Shown here piece after piece: positions 43,528 to 52,509 of a stretch of DNA of 64,000 nt; position 1 is the stretch's first letter, and every line of letters starts with the position of its first letter. The position numbers and the translations under genes are program-made. The notes under the pieces are model-generated. The model searched no databases and was not told where the DNA came from. It saw nothing but the letters and a program-made list of their open reading frames with translations. The stretch spans positions 28,212 to 92,211 of the forward strand of contig JACOXN010000003.1 of NCBI GenBank assembly GCA_016176295.1. The letters run 5' to 3'. This stretch comes from Candidatus Giovannonibacteria bacterium (GTDB lineage: Bacteria > Patescibacteriota > Minisyncoccia > UBA11713 > 2-01-FULL-45-33).

Positions 43528-44552
43528 TGTTTTAAAATTTTTATTGTTTCGGTAATCATCTGTTCTTTTTCAAATTTTTTCAGCTTCTCGCAGGAATTTT
43601 GGACGAACTTGTCGCGCATTACGCTGTCCATCATCATTGTTACGACGGCTTCTTTCAATTTTTCACGGTCGTTATACGGAACCAGCAATCCGTCCTTTCC
43701 GTTTTCGATGACCTCCGGATTTCCGCCGACGTCGGTCGTAATTATCGGAGTTCCCGCGGCCATGGCCTCCAGGAGCTGATGAGAAAGCCCTTCATAAGCG
43801 GTATTTAAAACAAAAACATCGGCCGCGCGCAGATAAAGCAGCAGCTTTTCGCGCGGCTCGCCGGTCAGGATAAAAAGTTTCGCATCGGGAATCTGTTTCA
43901 GGATATCGGGCATAATTTCCCTCAGGGTCTTAAAACCTTTCCATGGCACGTCCCGGCCGGCTGAAACGATAATGGTGCCCGAAATACCCAAACGTTTTCT
44001 CGCTTCGTCTTTTGCAACTGTAAATTGCGGAGCCTCGAATGCATTATAAATAACATGAATCTTATCATCCGGCACTCCCCACAAAGCAACCGTTTTTTTT
44101 AAATATACACTTGGAACTATTATTTTAAATACCGAGTCCGCCGAGAATTTTTGCAGTATCCGAAAAAATTCAACCTTAAGCCCGTAACTTTTCTTTAAAA
44201 AATCATCCAACGTTTCTTTTACTCCGAACCTCTGCACCCCCTGCTCCCAGGCGTAATCGCCGACTATTTTTAAATAAAATCTTTTTCTTAATAACCTCGC
44301 CGCCAAAGTCGCTGGGAAGCCGACGCTTACCGGGTCTTGCGCGAAAATTATATCCGCATGCCTGCATTTTCTGACGAGTTTCCAAAAATAAGCAAGATGC
44401 CGAAGAACCTTGGGCAGATGCCGGACTTCACCGAAACTCAAAATTTCCGCGTCTACCCCCCTCTTCGGCAATTCCACTGAAAGCAGTTTGCTGTAAGTAG
44501 CGGGCCCTCCGATATCCGGAGGAAAAAGCGGTGTCGCTATTAAAATCCTCAT
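43524..44552 (-). CDS. Glycosyltransferase family 4
   Basis: Start taken at MRILIATPLFPPDIGGPATY (44552, a 4-nt overlap with the upstream stop). VLNTAYEGLSHQLLEAMAAGTPIITTDVGGNPE. Confidence 0.85.
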   Translation of the reverse strand: MRILIATPLFPPDIGGPATYSKLLSVELPKRGVDAEILSFGEVRHLPKVLRHLAYFWKLVRKCRHADIIFAQDPVSVGFPATLAARLLRKRFYLKIVGDYAWEQGVQRFGVKETLDDFLKKSYGLKVEFFRILQKFSADSVFKIIVPSVYLKKTVALWGVPDDKIHVIYNAFEAPQFTVAKDEARKRLGISGTIIVSAGRDVPWKGFKTLREIMPDILKQIPDAKLFILTGEPREKLLLYLRAADVFVLNTAYEGLSHQLLEAMAAGTPIITTDVGGNPEVIENGKDGLLVPYNDREKLKEAVVTMMMDSVMRDKFVQNSCEKLKKFEKEQMITETIKILKQ

Positions 44553-45682
44553 AAGAGCTGAACGAATATTTCTTTCATCTGATTTGAAACGGTGATCCAC
44601 AAGAATCTAGCTTGTATCTCTTTTCTCGCGTTCAGTATGATCTCATCGCGTTTTTGCGGCGCAAGCGTAAGCGCTATGCGAATAGCATCCGCCAGATCCT
44701 CAATGTCATTGGGCCAGGCCAAAAATCCTGTTTTCCCTTCATAAAGAAAATCCGAAGTGCCGCCCACTCTGGTACCGACGGTGATAACTCCCGCCGCCAT
44801 CGCTTCCAAGAAAGCATTGCCCAGCCCTTCTGTGCGCGAGGGCCTCACAAAAATATCGGCTTCTTTATAATAAACCGGCAGTTCCGCGTAAGGAACCTCC
44901 CCCAAAAATTTAACCCGGTCTTCAAGATCCAGACCTTTTGCTAATTTCATCAAATATTTCTTATCCGGCCCGTCCCCGGCAAGTATTATGCGGAATGAAA
45001 AAAAATTTTTCAGCCGGCCGCAGGCTTCAAGCAAAAGATCAATGCCGTTCTTTTCGACAAGCCTGGAAGCGGAAAAAATAACTGGAGGTTCGTTCATCGG
45101 AAGAACAGATATCGACAAAAGCTTTTCGGGAACGCCGTTGGGGACTAAAGTTGCCGGTCCATTGTAATTTAAATCCCTCACCTTGTACAAAAGATACCGG
45201 CTTATTGCGGTTACGTGGTCGGCTTTTTTAAAAATAATCCTCCACCAGAGCCAAGAAAAACCCAGCGTCCGCAATCTGAATTTCCATTCCTCCGCTCCTT
45301 CCTGGATGGCAAGGATGAAAGGTATCTTTGGATTAAAAAGTTTTACAAGAAAAGCTCCGATCGAAGCATAAGAAACCATTACCCCCCAAAGCAGAAATTT
45401 TCTGTCTTTCAATTTCCAGTCCGCCGTCACGCTCGGGCTCAATAACTCCCAGAATATTAGAAACGGAAGCAAAAGCTTGTCTAGGTTGGTACCCAGTCCG
45501 AGCCGGATAATGGTTCCCTCGGGCGTTTTTTCTCTCGCCGGCAAATTCCTTTTCAGGCGAGCGGTTAAAATATAAAAATCAAACTCACCGCGAAGATTTT
45601 TTGCTATCTCTTCGATCGCTATTTCCGCTCCTCCCAAAAAAGGCTTATACACGGTGGTAAGCACGACTATGGCGGGTTTCAT
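44549..45682 (-). CDS. Glycosyltransferase family 4
   Basis: MKPAIVVLTTVYKPFLGGAEIAIEE N-terminus (the track start at 45703 is also possible). VRPSRTEGLGNAFLEAMAAGVITVGTRVGGTSD. Confidence 0.85.
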   Translation of the reverse strand: MKPAIVVLTTVYKPFLGGAEIAIEEIAKNLRGEFDFYILTARLKRNLPAREKTPEGTIIRLGLGTNLDKLLLPFLIFWELLSPSVTADWKLKDRKFLLWGVMVSYASIGAFLVKLFNPKIPFILAIQEGAEEWKFRLRTLGFSWLWWRIIFKKADHVTAISRYLLYKVRDLNYNGPATLVPNGVPEKLLSISVLPMNEPPVIFSASRLVEKNGIDLLLEACGRLKNFFSFRIILAGDGPDKKYLMKLAKGLDLEDRVKFLGEVPYAELPVYYKEADIFVRPSRTEGLGNAFLEAMAAGVITVGTRVGGTSDFLYEGKTGFLAWPNDIEDLADAIRIALTLAPQKRDEIILNARKEIQARFLWITVSNQMKEIFVQLL

Positions 45683-45719
45683 TATCCTATTGTAACCCGC
45701 CAAAGGAAATAATGTAATT

Positions 45720-47171
45720 TTACTCCAGGCTGCGCATGGCGGCGTGCTTTATGAACACGATAGCCAAACTGCCCAATAAACTGAGCGCCAATCCGATCAT
45801 TAACCATCTGAAACCCGTAAATATGCTCCGTGGGGGAACGGAAGACGTCAATTGCTGCGGTGAAACGGACCCTGCTTCCGCATTGACAACAGGGACGGCA
45901 TTTAAAAGCGGCTTTGATGCGGAAGCCGAGGTGACAGATATTTTTTTGATCGGTTTCAAAGTTTCGTTAGCGGCTCCGGGCGTGGCTTTAGTTTCTGTCC
46001 ACTCGCCTTCCGAAAAGGAAAGGCTCTGTCCCGGCCCCAAAACGGCTGGATATTCCTCTGAAATCAATATTTTTCCATTCGGGTATAAAAGTCTGACTGA
46101 GCCCGCAGGCGCGACAGAAAAGCCCATCACTTCCTCGCTAAAAACCGGAAACGCTCCTGCCGCAAGAACAGTGTTTGCGGGGAAAAAAAACTTTGAACCG
46201 CCAAGGTCTAGGCCGAAATTAGAAATATCAATTTGTCTGGAAGAACTATTTTTTAATTCAATAAATCCTCCTCCCGCCTGTGCGCCCCACTGAGAAGGCC
46301 GCAGCTCGGAAATAACCAAAGGATTTTGTATCACGGCCGCTTTTAAAATATCGGAGGCCGAATAATCTCCCAGGGAAACGGAAAGATAAACCGTATAAGT
46401 CCCTGGGTACAGGAATGTATGCGTGACCTTTTTCCCCTGCAAGGTTGCTCCGTCGCCGAAGCTCCATGAAAATAGCGCGCTGGGGAGAGATTTACCGGCT
46501 CCGTCCTCGGCGATGCCCACAAAATCTGAAATTGCTCCGGCCAATACAGTTTTATCCGCGCCGGCATGTGCGGATATTTTAGTCTCCGGATTGGGAAGCC
46601 AGCCGGAATTTTCAGCGGGTACCGAGGAAGGATCCGCAGAATTATTCGGAGTCTCTTCCGCGCTCGGTGAAGAGCTTGAGCTGCTCGTTTCGGAATTGGC
46701 CGCTCTCGGCGTAGCTGCGGCCATCCCCCAGCCGGATGAAGTTTTTTGCAAAGTTTCTTTCGTAGTATTGCTGCCGCCCAAGGCCCAGTTTCCCGAACCG
46801 TCAACCCTGTCGACTTCCGCTCCCGCAACATTTTTTAGTATTAAAATTTCGCCTGAATTTGAAAGTCCGCTTCCGAAAGGCGCGATAAGGTCTGCCTCCA
46901 CCTCGGGCACGGTTGTGTCATCGGTCCTTTCAATGAGAAAATATCCTCCCGCCGGTATAGTTCCCGAAAGCTCCACATTCATTCCCCCGTCCTGGGAAAA
47001 TAGCGTCCAGCCGTTCAGATCCTCGCCGTCGTCGGAATATAACTCAAGCCACTCGTCGGACGCGGAGTTTTCCGTTCCCATCCAGGCAACTTCATTAATT
47101 ACCACGCCGGCGTAGGCGGGAAAACTGACTGAAATCAAAAATAATGCAATGAAAAAAGGTGATATTTTCAT
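45720..47171 (-). CDS. Secreted/anchored surface protein with two lamin-tail domains and a PKD-like domain
   Basis: Signal-like MKISPFFIALFLISVSFPAYA. LTD1 is VVINEVAWMGTENSASDEWLELYS..GWTL..GYFLIERTDD..LSNSGEILILKN. PKD-like segment FSWSFGDGATLQGKKVTHTFLYPGTYTV. LTD2 is LVISELRP..GGFIELKNSS. C-terminal TM anchor WLMIGLALSLLGSLAIVFI. Confidence 0.8.
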   Translation of the reverse strand: MKISPFFIALFLISVSFPAYAGVVINEVAWMGTENSASDEWLELYSDDGEDLNGWTLFSQDGGMNVELSGTIPAGGYFLIERTDDTTVPEVEADLIAPFGSGLSNSGEILILKNVAGAEVDRVDGSGNWALGGSNTTKETLQKTSSGWGMAAATPRAANSETSSSSSSPSAEETPNNSADPSSVPAENSGWLPNPETKISAHAGADKTVLAGAISDFVGIAEDGAGKSLPSALFSWSFGDGATLQGKKVTHTFLYPGTYTVYLSVSLGDYSASDILKAAVIQNPLVISELRPSQWGAQAGGGFIELKNSSSRQIDISNFGLDLGGSKFFFPANTVLAAGAFPVFSEEVMGFSVAPAGSVRLLYPNGKILISEEYPAVLGPGQSLSFSEGEWTETKATPGAANETLKPIKKISVTSASASKPLLNAVPVVNAEAGSVSPQQLTSSVPPRSIFTGFRWLMIGLALSLLGSLAIVFIKHAAMRSLE

Positions 47172-47204
47172 TGAAAAAAGCTTAGCGTATCCTTTTTATA
47201 AAAG

Positions 47205-47234
47205 CAATAAAAAAAACGCCGTTAGCGGGCGTTA
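47205..47234 (-). terminator. Intrinsic terminator overlapping the stop of the 47232-47684 gene
   Basis: On the minus strand: TAACGCC-cgctaac-GGCGTT followed by TTTTTTTATT. Confidence 0.55.
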
Positions 47235-47684
47235 CATTTTTTGGACTTTGACGGAGGTTTCATCGAATGACAGAAAATACGACTCCGCAACACCCGGCTT
47301 GAAGCTGTTTTTTGCTTTTTCATCGTCTTCTTTTTGGCGGTCAAAAATATCTTTGCGGTAATGTTCACTATTGTGCAAAAATTTGTACCAGCCGCAATCC
47401 TGATGGTGGATGATGATTACTCTATTGGTGCCGTGGTGGTCCGCAAAAAATTTGACCCATTGCTTGGCGATCCAGGATGCCTTCAATAATTTTGACACCA
47501 AAAAATGAATGGCTCCTGGCACTGCAATGAAATTAAAATTCTTTACCACGAGATGGTCCTCAACAAATTTATGTGTCTTGTTCACGAACCGCCCGTCACT
47601 ACAGCAAAAAACCAGCACCTTTTTTCCTTCCGGATCCACTTCGAATTCTTCACTCCAAAGAATATCGCTTTCTCCGAACATCAA
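47232..47684 (-). CDS. Small beta-carbonic-anhydrase-like protein (divergent)
   Basis: CCSDGRF and IIIHHQDCGWY mirror the beta-CA zinc-ligand motifs (CxDxR ... HxxC). At 150 aa it is shorter than typical enzymes. Confidence 0.4.
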   Translation of the reverse strand: MMFGESDILWSEEFEVDPEGKKVLVFCCSDGRFVNKTHKFVEDHLVVKNFNFIAVPGAIHFLVSKLLKASWIAKQWVKFFADHHGTNRVIIIHHQDCGWYKFLHNSEHYRKDIFDRQKEDDEKAKNSFKPGVAESYFLSFDETSVKVQKM

Positions 47685-47748
47685 ACCTCCCCATTTGAAT
47701 GGATTTTCAAATACCAGACTGACTTTATAGCAAATTTAGTTTCTCGAG

Positions 47749-49065
47749 TCAATGGGCGAGACCGCTTCCGAAGAGAAACCGCATCGCCTTATTTTGGGAT
47801 CTGTGGGGAAGAATAAGCAAAAGATAACGGGAAGCTGTAATGGCGGAAAACATACTGACCAAAACTCCGAGCCCGAGAGTCAAAGCAAAACCTTTTACAA
47901 TACTTGTTCCGAACCAGTACAAAATAGCAGCGGTTATCAAACTGGACACGTTTGAGTCGCGAATTGAGGTCCAGGCTCTGGAAAAACCTTCTTTCATTGC
48001 GGAGTCAACCGATTTTCCGGCTTTTAACTCCTCTTTCATGCGTTCGAATATCAAAATGTTGGCATCCACCGCCATTCCAACCGAAAGTATGAAACCGGCG
48101 ATTCCGGCGGATGAAAGCGTAACCGGAATAAGTTTAAAAAGAAGAAGCGACAAAGCGGCATAAATGCCGAGCGCCACAACGGCAATCAGCCCCGGAAGAC
48201 GGTACCAAAGTATCATGAAAATGGCGACTGCGAGGAACCCCCAAATTCCGGCGCGCAAACTTTTCATCAGCGATTCAAAACCTAAAGACGGCTCGACGCT
48301 CTGCTGTGAAACCAGAGTGATGGGAATCGGCAGAGCTCCGGCATTGAACCGTCTCACGAGCTGCTTTGCCTCGTCCACAGTGAAATTCCCGGTTATCTGC
48401 GCGCTGCCGCCCGCTATCTTATTCTGTACGATGGGAGCACTGATTATCGAACCGTCCAAAAAGACAGCCAACGGCAAATTCACGTTGCGCCCGGTTATAT
48501 CCTCAAAGAGCTTTGCTCCTTCGGAATTGAATTCCAAAAGCACGTCCGGCGATCCGCTGGTGCCGTTAAAACCGAGCTGGGCTCTATTTACGAATCTGCC
48601 GGAAAGTTCGGTGGGGACGAAATCTTTAATTTCCGCGCTAGAAGTGGCCGTAACTTTTCCTGAACTGTCCCTGGCCAATTCTTTAAACTCCAGATAAGGT
48701 GTTTCGCCGATGGTTTTTATCGCCTCATTAATATCAAAAACTCCGGCCAGCTCAACAATAAGGCGGTTTTTCCCGCCGACTTGCGCCGTCTGAACCAATG
48801 GTTCGGAAACCCCGAAAAGATTGACTCTCCGTTCAATTACGTCTTTCAAGCCGTCCATTGAAGAGCTTATGTCCGCAGCTGGCAAGGAAGAAACGTCGGC
48901 TTCGTATTCCAAATGCGCCCCTCCCTGAAGATCGAGGCCCAGGCGGAAATTTTTTGCCCAGCGCTCGTCATGAAACCCGAGAAATTCGGCGGAATCATAA
49001 AATCCGGCGGCAAGTCCGAGTATCAAAATGGATAGCGCGATTATCCGCACTTTGGTCGAATTCAT
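47749..49065 (-). CDS. secD: Protein translocase subunit SecD
   Basis: N-terminal TM, LGLDLQGGAHLEY, a periplasmic domain, and a C-terminal six-TM block (GIAGFILSVGMAVDANILIFERMKEE). Confidence 0.85.
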   Translation of the reverse strand: MNSTKVRIIALSILILGLAAGFYDSAEFLGFHDERWAKNFRLGLDLQGGAHLEYEADVSSLPAADISSSMDGLKDVIERRVNLFGVSEPLVQTAQVGGKNRLIVELAGVFDINEAIKTIGETPYLEFKELARDSSGKVTATSSAEIKDFVPTELSGRFVNRAQLGFNGTSGSPDVLLEFNSEGAKLFEDITGRNVNLPLAVFLDGSIISAPIVQNKIAGGSAQITGNFTVDEAKQLVRRFNAGALPIPITLVSQQSVEPSLGFESLMKSLRAGIWGFLAVAIFMILWYRLPGLIAVVALGIYAALSLLLFKLIPVTLSSAGIAGFILSVGMAVDANILIFERMKEELKAGKSVDSAMKEGFSRAWTSIRDSNVSSLITAAILYWFGTSIVKGFALTLGLGVLVSMFSAITASRYLLLILPHRSQNKAMRFLFGSGLAH

Positions 49066-49130
49066 AGATAGTTAGTATCCTAAATCAAAATACTTGAAAA
49101 AGCAAAAGTCGCTATCCGCCCCGGATTTTT

Positions 49131-50195
49131 TCAATCCTTTGTTTCCTTCACTTTCTTCAAATAATCTTTACCAAGCCACTCGAGAAAAGCTTTTTTGAAT
49201 CCCTCCTCGCTCCTAAAAATACCGTCGCTCCAACTCGTCAAAAATGGGCTGGCAGGCTTATCCGGCGGATAAATCAGTATGGTTTCGCCGTTCGTCTCGT
49301 GCATTTCACGCATTTCATTATTAACACCCGCCGAAAACGTGACTTCAGGAAAGAAAGCTATCATGCCCGTACACCCCGGAATAAGCCAATAAAGGTCGCG
49401 TGCTACGACCTGATGATAAGTAGCATGGTCTATTACTTTTAAATGCTGAGGGGAAAGTGGCTCAATAAACCTGGGGTCGATTACCACAATATATTTTTCA
49501 AGCCATTTGAGCAGATCGTCAATACGCTTTCTAGCCGGAGAGAATTTTTTATCGTAAAAAAGAGAAAGCGGCATCCCCAGATAAAACTTTTTCCTCCAGG
49601 GTTCGTAAATCATTCGATAGAGCAGCCGCGGGTCGGTTTTAGAGGGAACCACGAAAAAAGGCTTGCGGTCGCGCTTGGACCAGTCTTTAGTTGTCTCGAA
49701 TTCCGCACTTTGCCAATCCAATATCCTTTCCTTTCCGTATTTTTTTGAAACCCCGGACCCGAAAAGAAAACTTTTCCATTGTTTTCTCTGCCGTAGGCTG
49801 TTTTCAATGCTCTCGACATTGTCGAGAAAATTAATATAAATGTCCGGCCGGAACTTTTCCAGATAATGATGGTCGAAAGCGGATGAATAGCGGTATTTCC
49901 AATAAAACCACGCGTGCATGGTTACAATGGTCACGTAATTTTCCTTACGCAGCTTCGGCAATTCAGAATAAATGCTCTCCAAAACCGCGCTTCTTAAAGC
50001 GTTTATGGTGGTCGGGTTGGTATTTAAGACATTTTCGGGAGTTATCCTGATATTTATGCGCTTGGCATGTTCAAGAAGCATATCGCCGGTTTTAAATATC
50101 TTGACTTTCTTGTGCCTGGATTCGGCGTATTTCCTGAAACTCTCAAGAGCTTCATCCTTACCGGACCCGGATATTGCTGTGGCGATAACAAGCAT
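49131..50195 (-). CDS. Hypothetical two-domain protein: P-loop kinase-like N-terminus, possible nucleoside 2-deoxyribosyltransferase-like C-terminus
   Basis: ATAISGSGKDE is a Walker-A-like start. The C-terminal half (FYLGMPLS..., GMIAFFPEVTFSAGVNNEMREM) loosely resembles the NDT/Rossmann-like fold. Both calls are tentative. Confidence 0.35.
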   Translation of the reverse strand: MLVIATAISGSGKDEALESFRKYAESRHKKVKIFKTGDMLLEHAKRINIRITPENVLNTNPTTINALRSAVLESIYSELPKLRKENYVTIVTMHAWFYWKYRYSSAFDHHYLEKFRPDIYINFLDNVESIENSLRQRKQWKSFLFGSGVSKKYGKERILDWQSAEFETTKDWSKRDRKPFFVVPSKTDPRLLYRMIYEPWRKKFYLGMPLSLFYDKKFSPARKRIDDLLKWLEKYIVVIDPRFIEPLSPQHLKVIDHATYHQVVARDLYWLIPGCTGMIAFFPEVTFSAGVNNEMREMHETNGETILIYPPDKPASPFLTSWSDGIFRSEEGFKKAFLEWLGKDYLKKVKETKD

Positions 50196-50271
50196 AAATT
50201 ATATGAGAAAAATATAAGACATATCTGAATCATAGCCATTGAAAAAGACGAGCGCAAGAAAATAGGGGGAT

Positions 50272-50304
50272 AACATTAATGTTCAACATTCAATGTTGAA
50301 CATT
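50272..50304. promoter_or_regulatory. Array of five alternating AACATT/AATGTT hexamers (13-1-13 perfect palindrome)
   Basis: AACATT AATGTT c AACATT c AATGTT g AACATT, lying ~70 nt upstream of the 49131-50195 gene start. It shares the AACATT/AATGTT half-sites with the palindrome at 6339-6366. Confidence 0.45.
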
Positions 50305-50335
50305 TTTAGAAAAAGAAAAAAACCGTAATAGGGTT

Positions 50336-51049
50336 TTACTTTTTTTTCTTTTTGAACTTTTTCAAAACTACTTCCCCGTCCAGAAGGTTTTTGTGGAGGG
50401 TTTCCTCGCTCCGCTTCATGTGCACCTCAATGTAACCGATAAGATTACCTTTTTCATCCACGGCTTTAACCGGTTTGGAATAATACGGCGCGAAAGTACA
50501 GTCTTCGCTTTTTTCCGCGTACTGAATGATCTCATAAGCGCGGTTGATTCGAACTTTGATCTCGTCCTTGATGTCTATGAATACCCCGGCCAAGCCCAGC
50601 TCGGAATCTTTGAAGTGAAGCGCCGCGACAAATAAAGCGTGCGCCGTGCCGCGGACATACAACCAGTAGCGAAGCTCGTCTTTTGCCTGCCACTCGCCTT
50701 TTTCGACTTTTATCTGCGGAACCCGCTGAATGAAAGTGTACATGGAGTAATTGAGCTCACCGTCTTCGGCTCCATCGTATCCGTACTTTTTCCGGAGTCC
50801 GTAAATGGCTTCGGCCAATTTTCTCTCCGGCGTATGCATCGGAAACGGCATCGGCCCTGCTCCGTCAACTTGGATCAGTCTTGTTAAAACAAAACCTACT
50901 TCTTTGAAGATTCCCAGATAAACCGGAATGAGGTCTTTGTTTTCTTTGATCTCTTCGGCAGCTTTTTGGGACAGCACCTCCACCAAAGGGTCAAGAATTT
51001 TCCTGTCGTCCGCAGGAGGAACCGATTTTAAAGAACCCACATAAGGCAT
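50336..51049 (-). CDS. Hypothetical protein
   Basis: 237-aa ORF with good coding character and a Lys-rich tail. No motif recognised. Confidence 0.55.
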   Translation of the reverse strand: MPYVGSLKSVPPADDRKILDPLVEVLSQKAAEEIKENKDLIPVYLGIFKEVGFVLTRLIQVDGAGPMPFPMHTPERKLAEAIYGLRKKYGYDGAEDGELNYSMYTFIQRVPQIKVEKGEWQAKDELRYWLYVRGTAHALFVAALHFKDSELGLAGVFIDIKDEIKVRINRAYEIIQYAEKSEDCTFAPYYSKPVKAVDEKGNLIGYIEVHMKRSEETLHKNLLDGEVVLKKFKKKKK

Positions 51050-51130
51050 AAATTTTTCCTTTTTTTAATCTAAATACGTATTAACACATTTTTTTAAAAA
51101 TTAATACTTGACAGAGCGTGCTTAGTGAAA

Positions 51131-51154
51131 TAAAAAAAGGACTGAATTCAGTCC
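51131..51154 (-). terminator. Intrinsic terminator overlapping the ThyX-like stop codon
   Basis: GGACTGAATTCAGTCC perfect palindrome, followed on the minus strand by TTTTTTTT. Confidence 0.6.
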
Positions 51155-52509
51155 TTGACTATGATGTCCTGTTCTCCGCGCTTTACGTCGAACCTGTCGG
51201 GGTCTTTATCCAGATGAAGCACCAGACCATATCTCTTGAACCGCTTGTTTAGTTCGCCTGCTATCTGTAATGCTCTCATGCGAAGCGTTGGGTGCACGAA
51301 CCGCGTGGAACGAAGTTCCGCAAGATATACCAAAGCATGGATGCCCCCGGTGAGTCGGTTTGGACAGTTATAACCCATCGCAATATAGTATTGCGCGGTT
51401 GCCGGATTACACTTCAGTCTCTTTATCTTTTGCTCCTGTTCTTTCAGAAATTCCGCGGCTTCCAAAACAAATTTGTCAGGAAGTTCCGATAGATACCATG
51501 GATGAAATCCAAATTTTGTAGTGAGTAAAGGCATTTGCTGTATGACCGCCCGATGCCTCTCAATATCCCGGAACGAGCCAAAATCAAGCATGCATAAGAT
51601 CTGCATTAATCCACACTCGGCTATCTTTTTGGGGAGCTCCGTTTTTGACGGGCGCCCCATCAAGTAGGCTCTGTATCCGCTTAAAAGTTTTCTGTCGATC
51701 TTGTCCCAGGCCACCTGGAAATCCGGCCACTCGTCGGCTGTCAGATAATTCAGATCCCATACGCATTTTGCGTTATATATCTCGGTTTCCGCGTGTCTTT
51801 TAACCGAAAACGAGGAGGGGTACGCTTCAAGCACGACACTCTCAAGGGCGTTGGCAACCGCTTTCACTTCATTCAAAGGATGGTGACGCAGGATCATTAG
51901 TTCATCGGCCATCTGACGAAGATTGCTATGCCAGGAAAGTTTGGTCGAGGCTCCAGCAGGCAAAAAACCACGCATGATATCAAACGCGCGCGCTTTTATC
52001 GCCTTATCGTAAACGGCATTCTTTTCATTCTCACTGCGGGGAAATCTGTTTTCGAGGTGAGGGATTAGGACGCCAAGCCCTTTCAGATAAAAGCTACGCC
52101 AGGACTCAAGCACGTCTGCACTGCCGGCGGTTCCAATCGGGTCGATAAATTTCTGCACGGAAAAATCAAGAAAGCGGGTCGAACATTCCTGACCGGAATA
52201 AAGCTGCCAATCCTGCACCGCTTTTGCTACCAACATCGAAACACCCTCGATAAAGATAGTGCCCGTGCCGCAATCCCCGATTGATTTATGACCATAGCCC
52301 ACATAGAACTGCGACATGAATTTTTCGGGTCCTTTTTCCGCAAGCGTTTTCAAATGCTGTGATATTCCGCCAATGGAACGGGAGTGAAGCGCCTGAAGCA
52401 TTGCTTCCGCCTCAGGGCCAATAACCGCGCCTGTATTTAAAACCAAAACTATTCCGCCGTCAGGAAGAACCCTTATGGTATGTTTCAACTCAAGCACTTG
52501 ATTATTCAT
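51148..52509 (-). CDS. ThyX-like (flavin-dependent thymidylate synthase fold) protein, atypically long
   Basis: 453 aa. The N-terminal half has a ThyX-like block GHKSIGDCGTGTIFIEGVSMLVAKAVQDWQLYSGQECSTRF, with DWQ where RHR is expected. The C-terminal half carries FRDIERHRAV. Confidence 0.55.
   Translation of the reverse strand: MNNQVLELKHTIRVLPDGGIVLVLNTGAVIGPEAEAMLQALHSRSIGGISQHLKTLAEKGPEKFMSQFYVGYGHKSIGDCGTGTIFIEGVSMLVAKAVQDWQLYSGQECSTRFLDFSVQKFIDPIGTAGSADVLESWRSFYLKGLGVLIPHLENRFPRSENEKNAVYDKAIKARAFDIMRGFLPAGASTKLSWHSNLRQMADELMILRHHPLNEVKAVANALESVVLEAYPSSFSVKRHAETEIYNAKCVWDLNYLTADEWPDFQVAWDKIDRKLLSGYRAYLMGRPSKTELPKKIAECGLMQILCMLDFGSFRDIERHRAVIQQMPLLTTKFGFHPWYLSELPDKFVLEAAEFLKEQEQKIKRLKCNPATAQYYIAMGYNCPNRLTGGIHALVYLAELRSTRFVHPTLRMRALQIAGELNKRFKRYGLVLHLDKDPDRFDVKRGEQDIIVKD

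Noticed and set aside
6499-45703. The glycan megacluster as a mobile or defence island
   Set aside because: I recognised no integrase, transposase, tRNA attachment site, restriction/modification, reverse transcriptase, or nuclease/ATPase defence genes in or around it.
46423-47115. Long antisense ORFs in the track. Examples: 46423-47115, 45736-46293, 48164-48697, 55092-55529, 54639-55091, 56692-57336, 15003-15524, 15883-16461, 24366-24920.
   Set aside because: Each lies opposite a strongly supported gene (LTD protein, SecD, NusG, L11, GyrB, aminotransferases). They have low-complexity or Ser/Pro/Arg-rich composition typical of shadow ORFs.
47749-49065. secD without an adjacent secF or yajC
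   Set aside because: Gene order for secDF varies and secF may lie elsewhere in the genome. This cannot be judged from one window.
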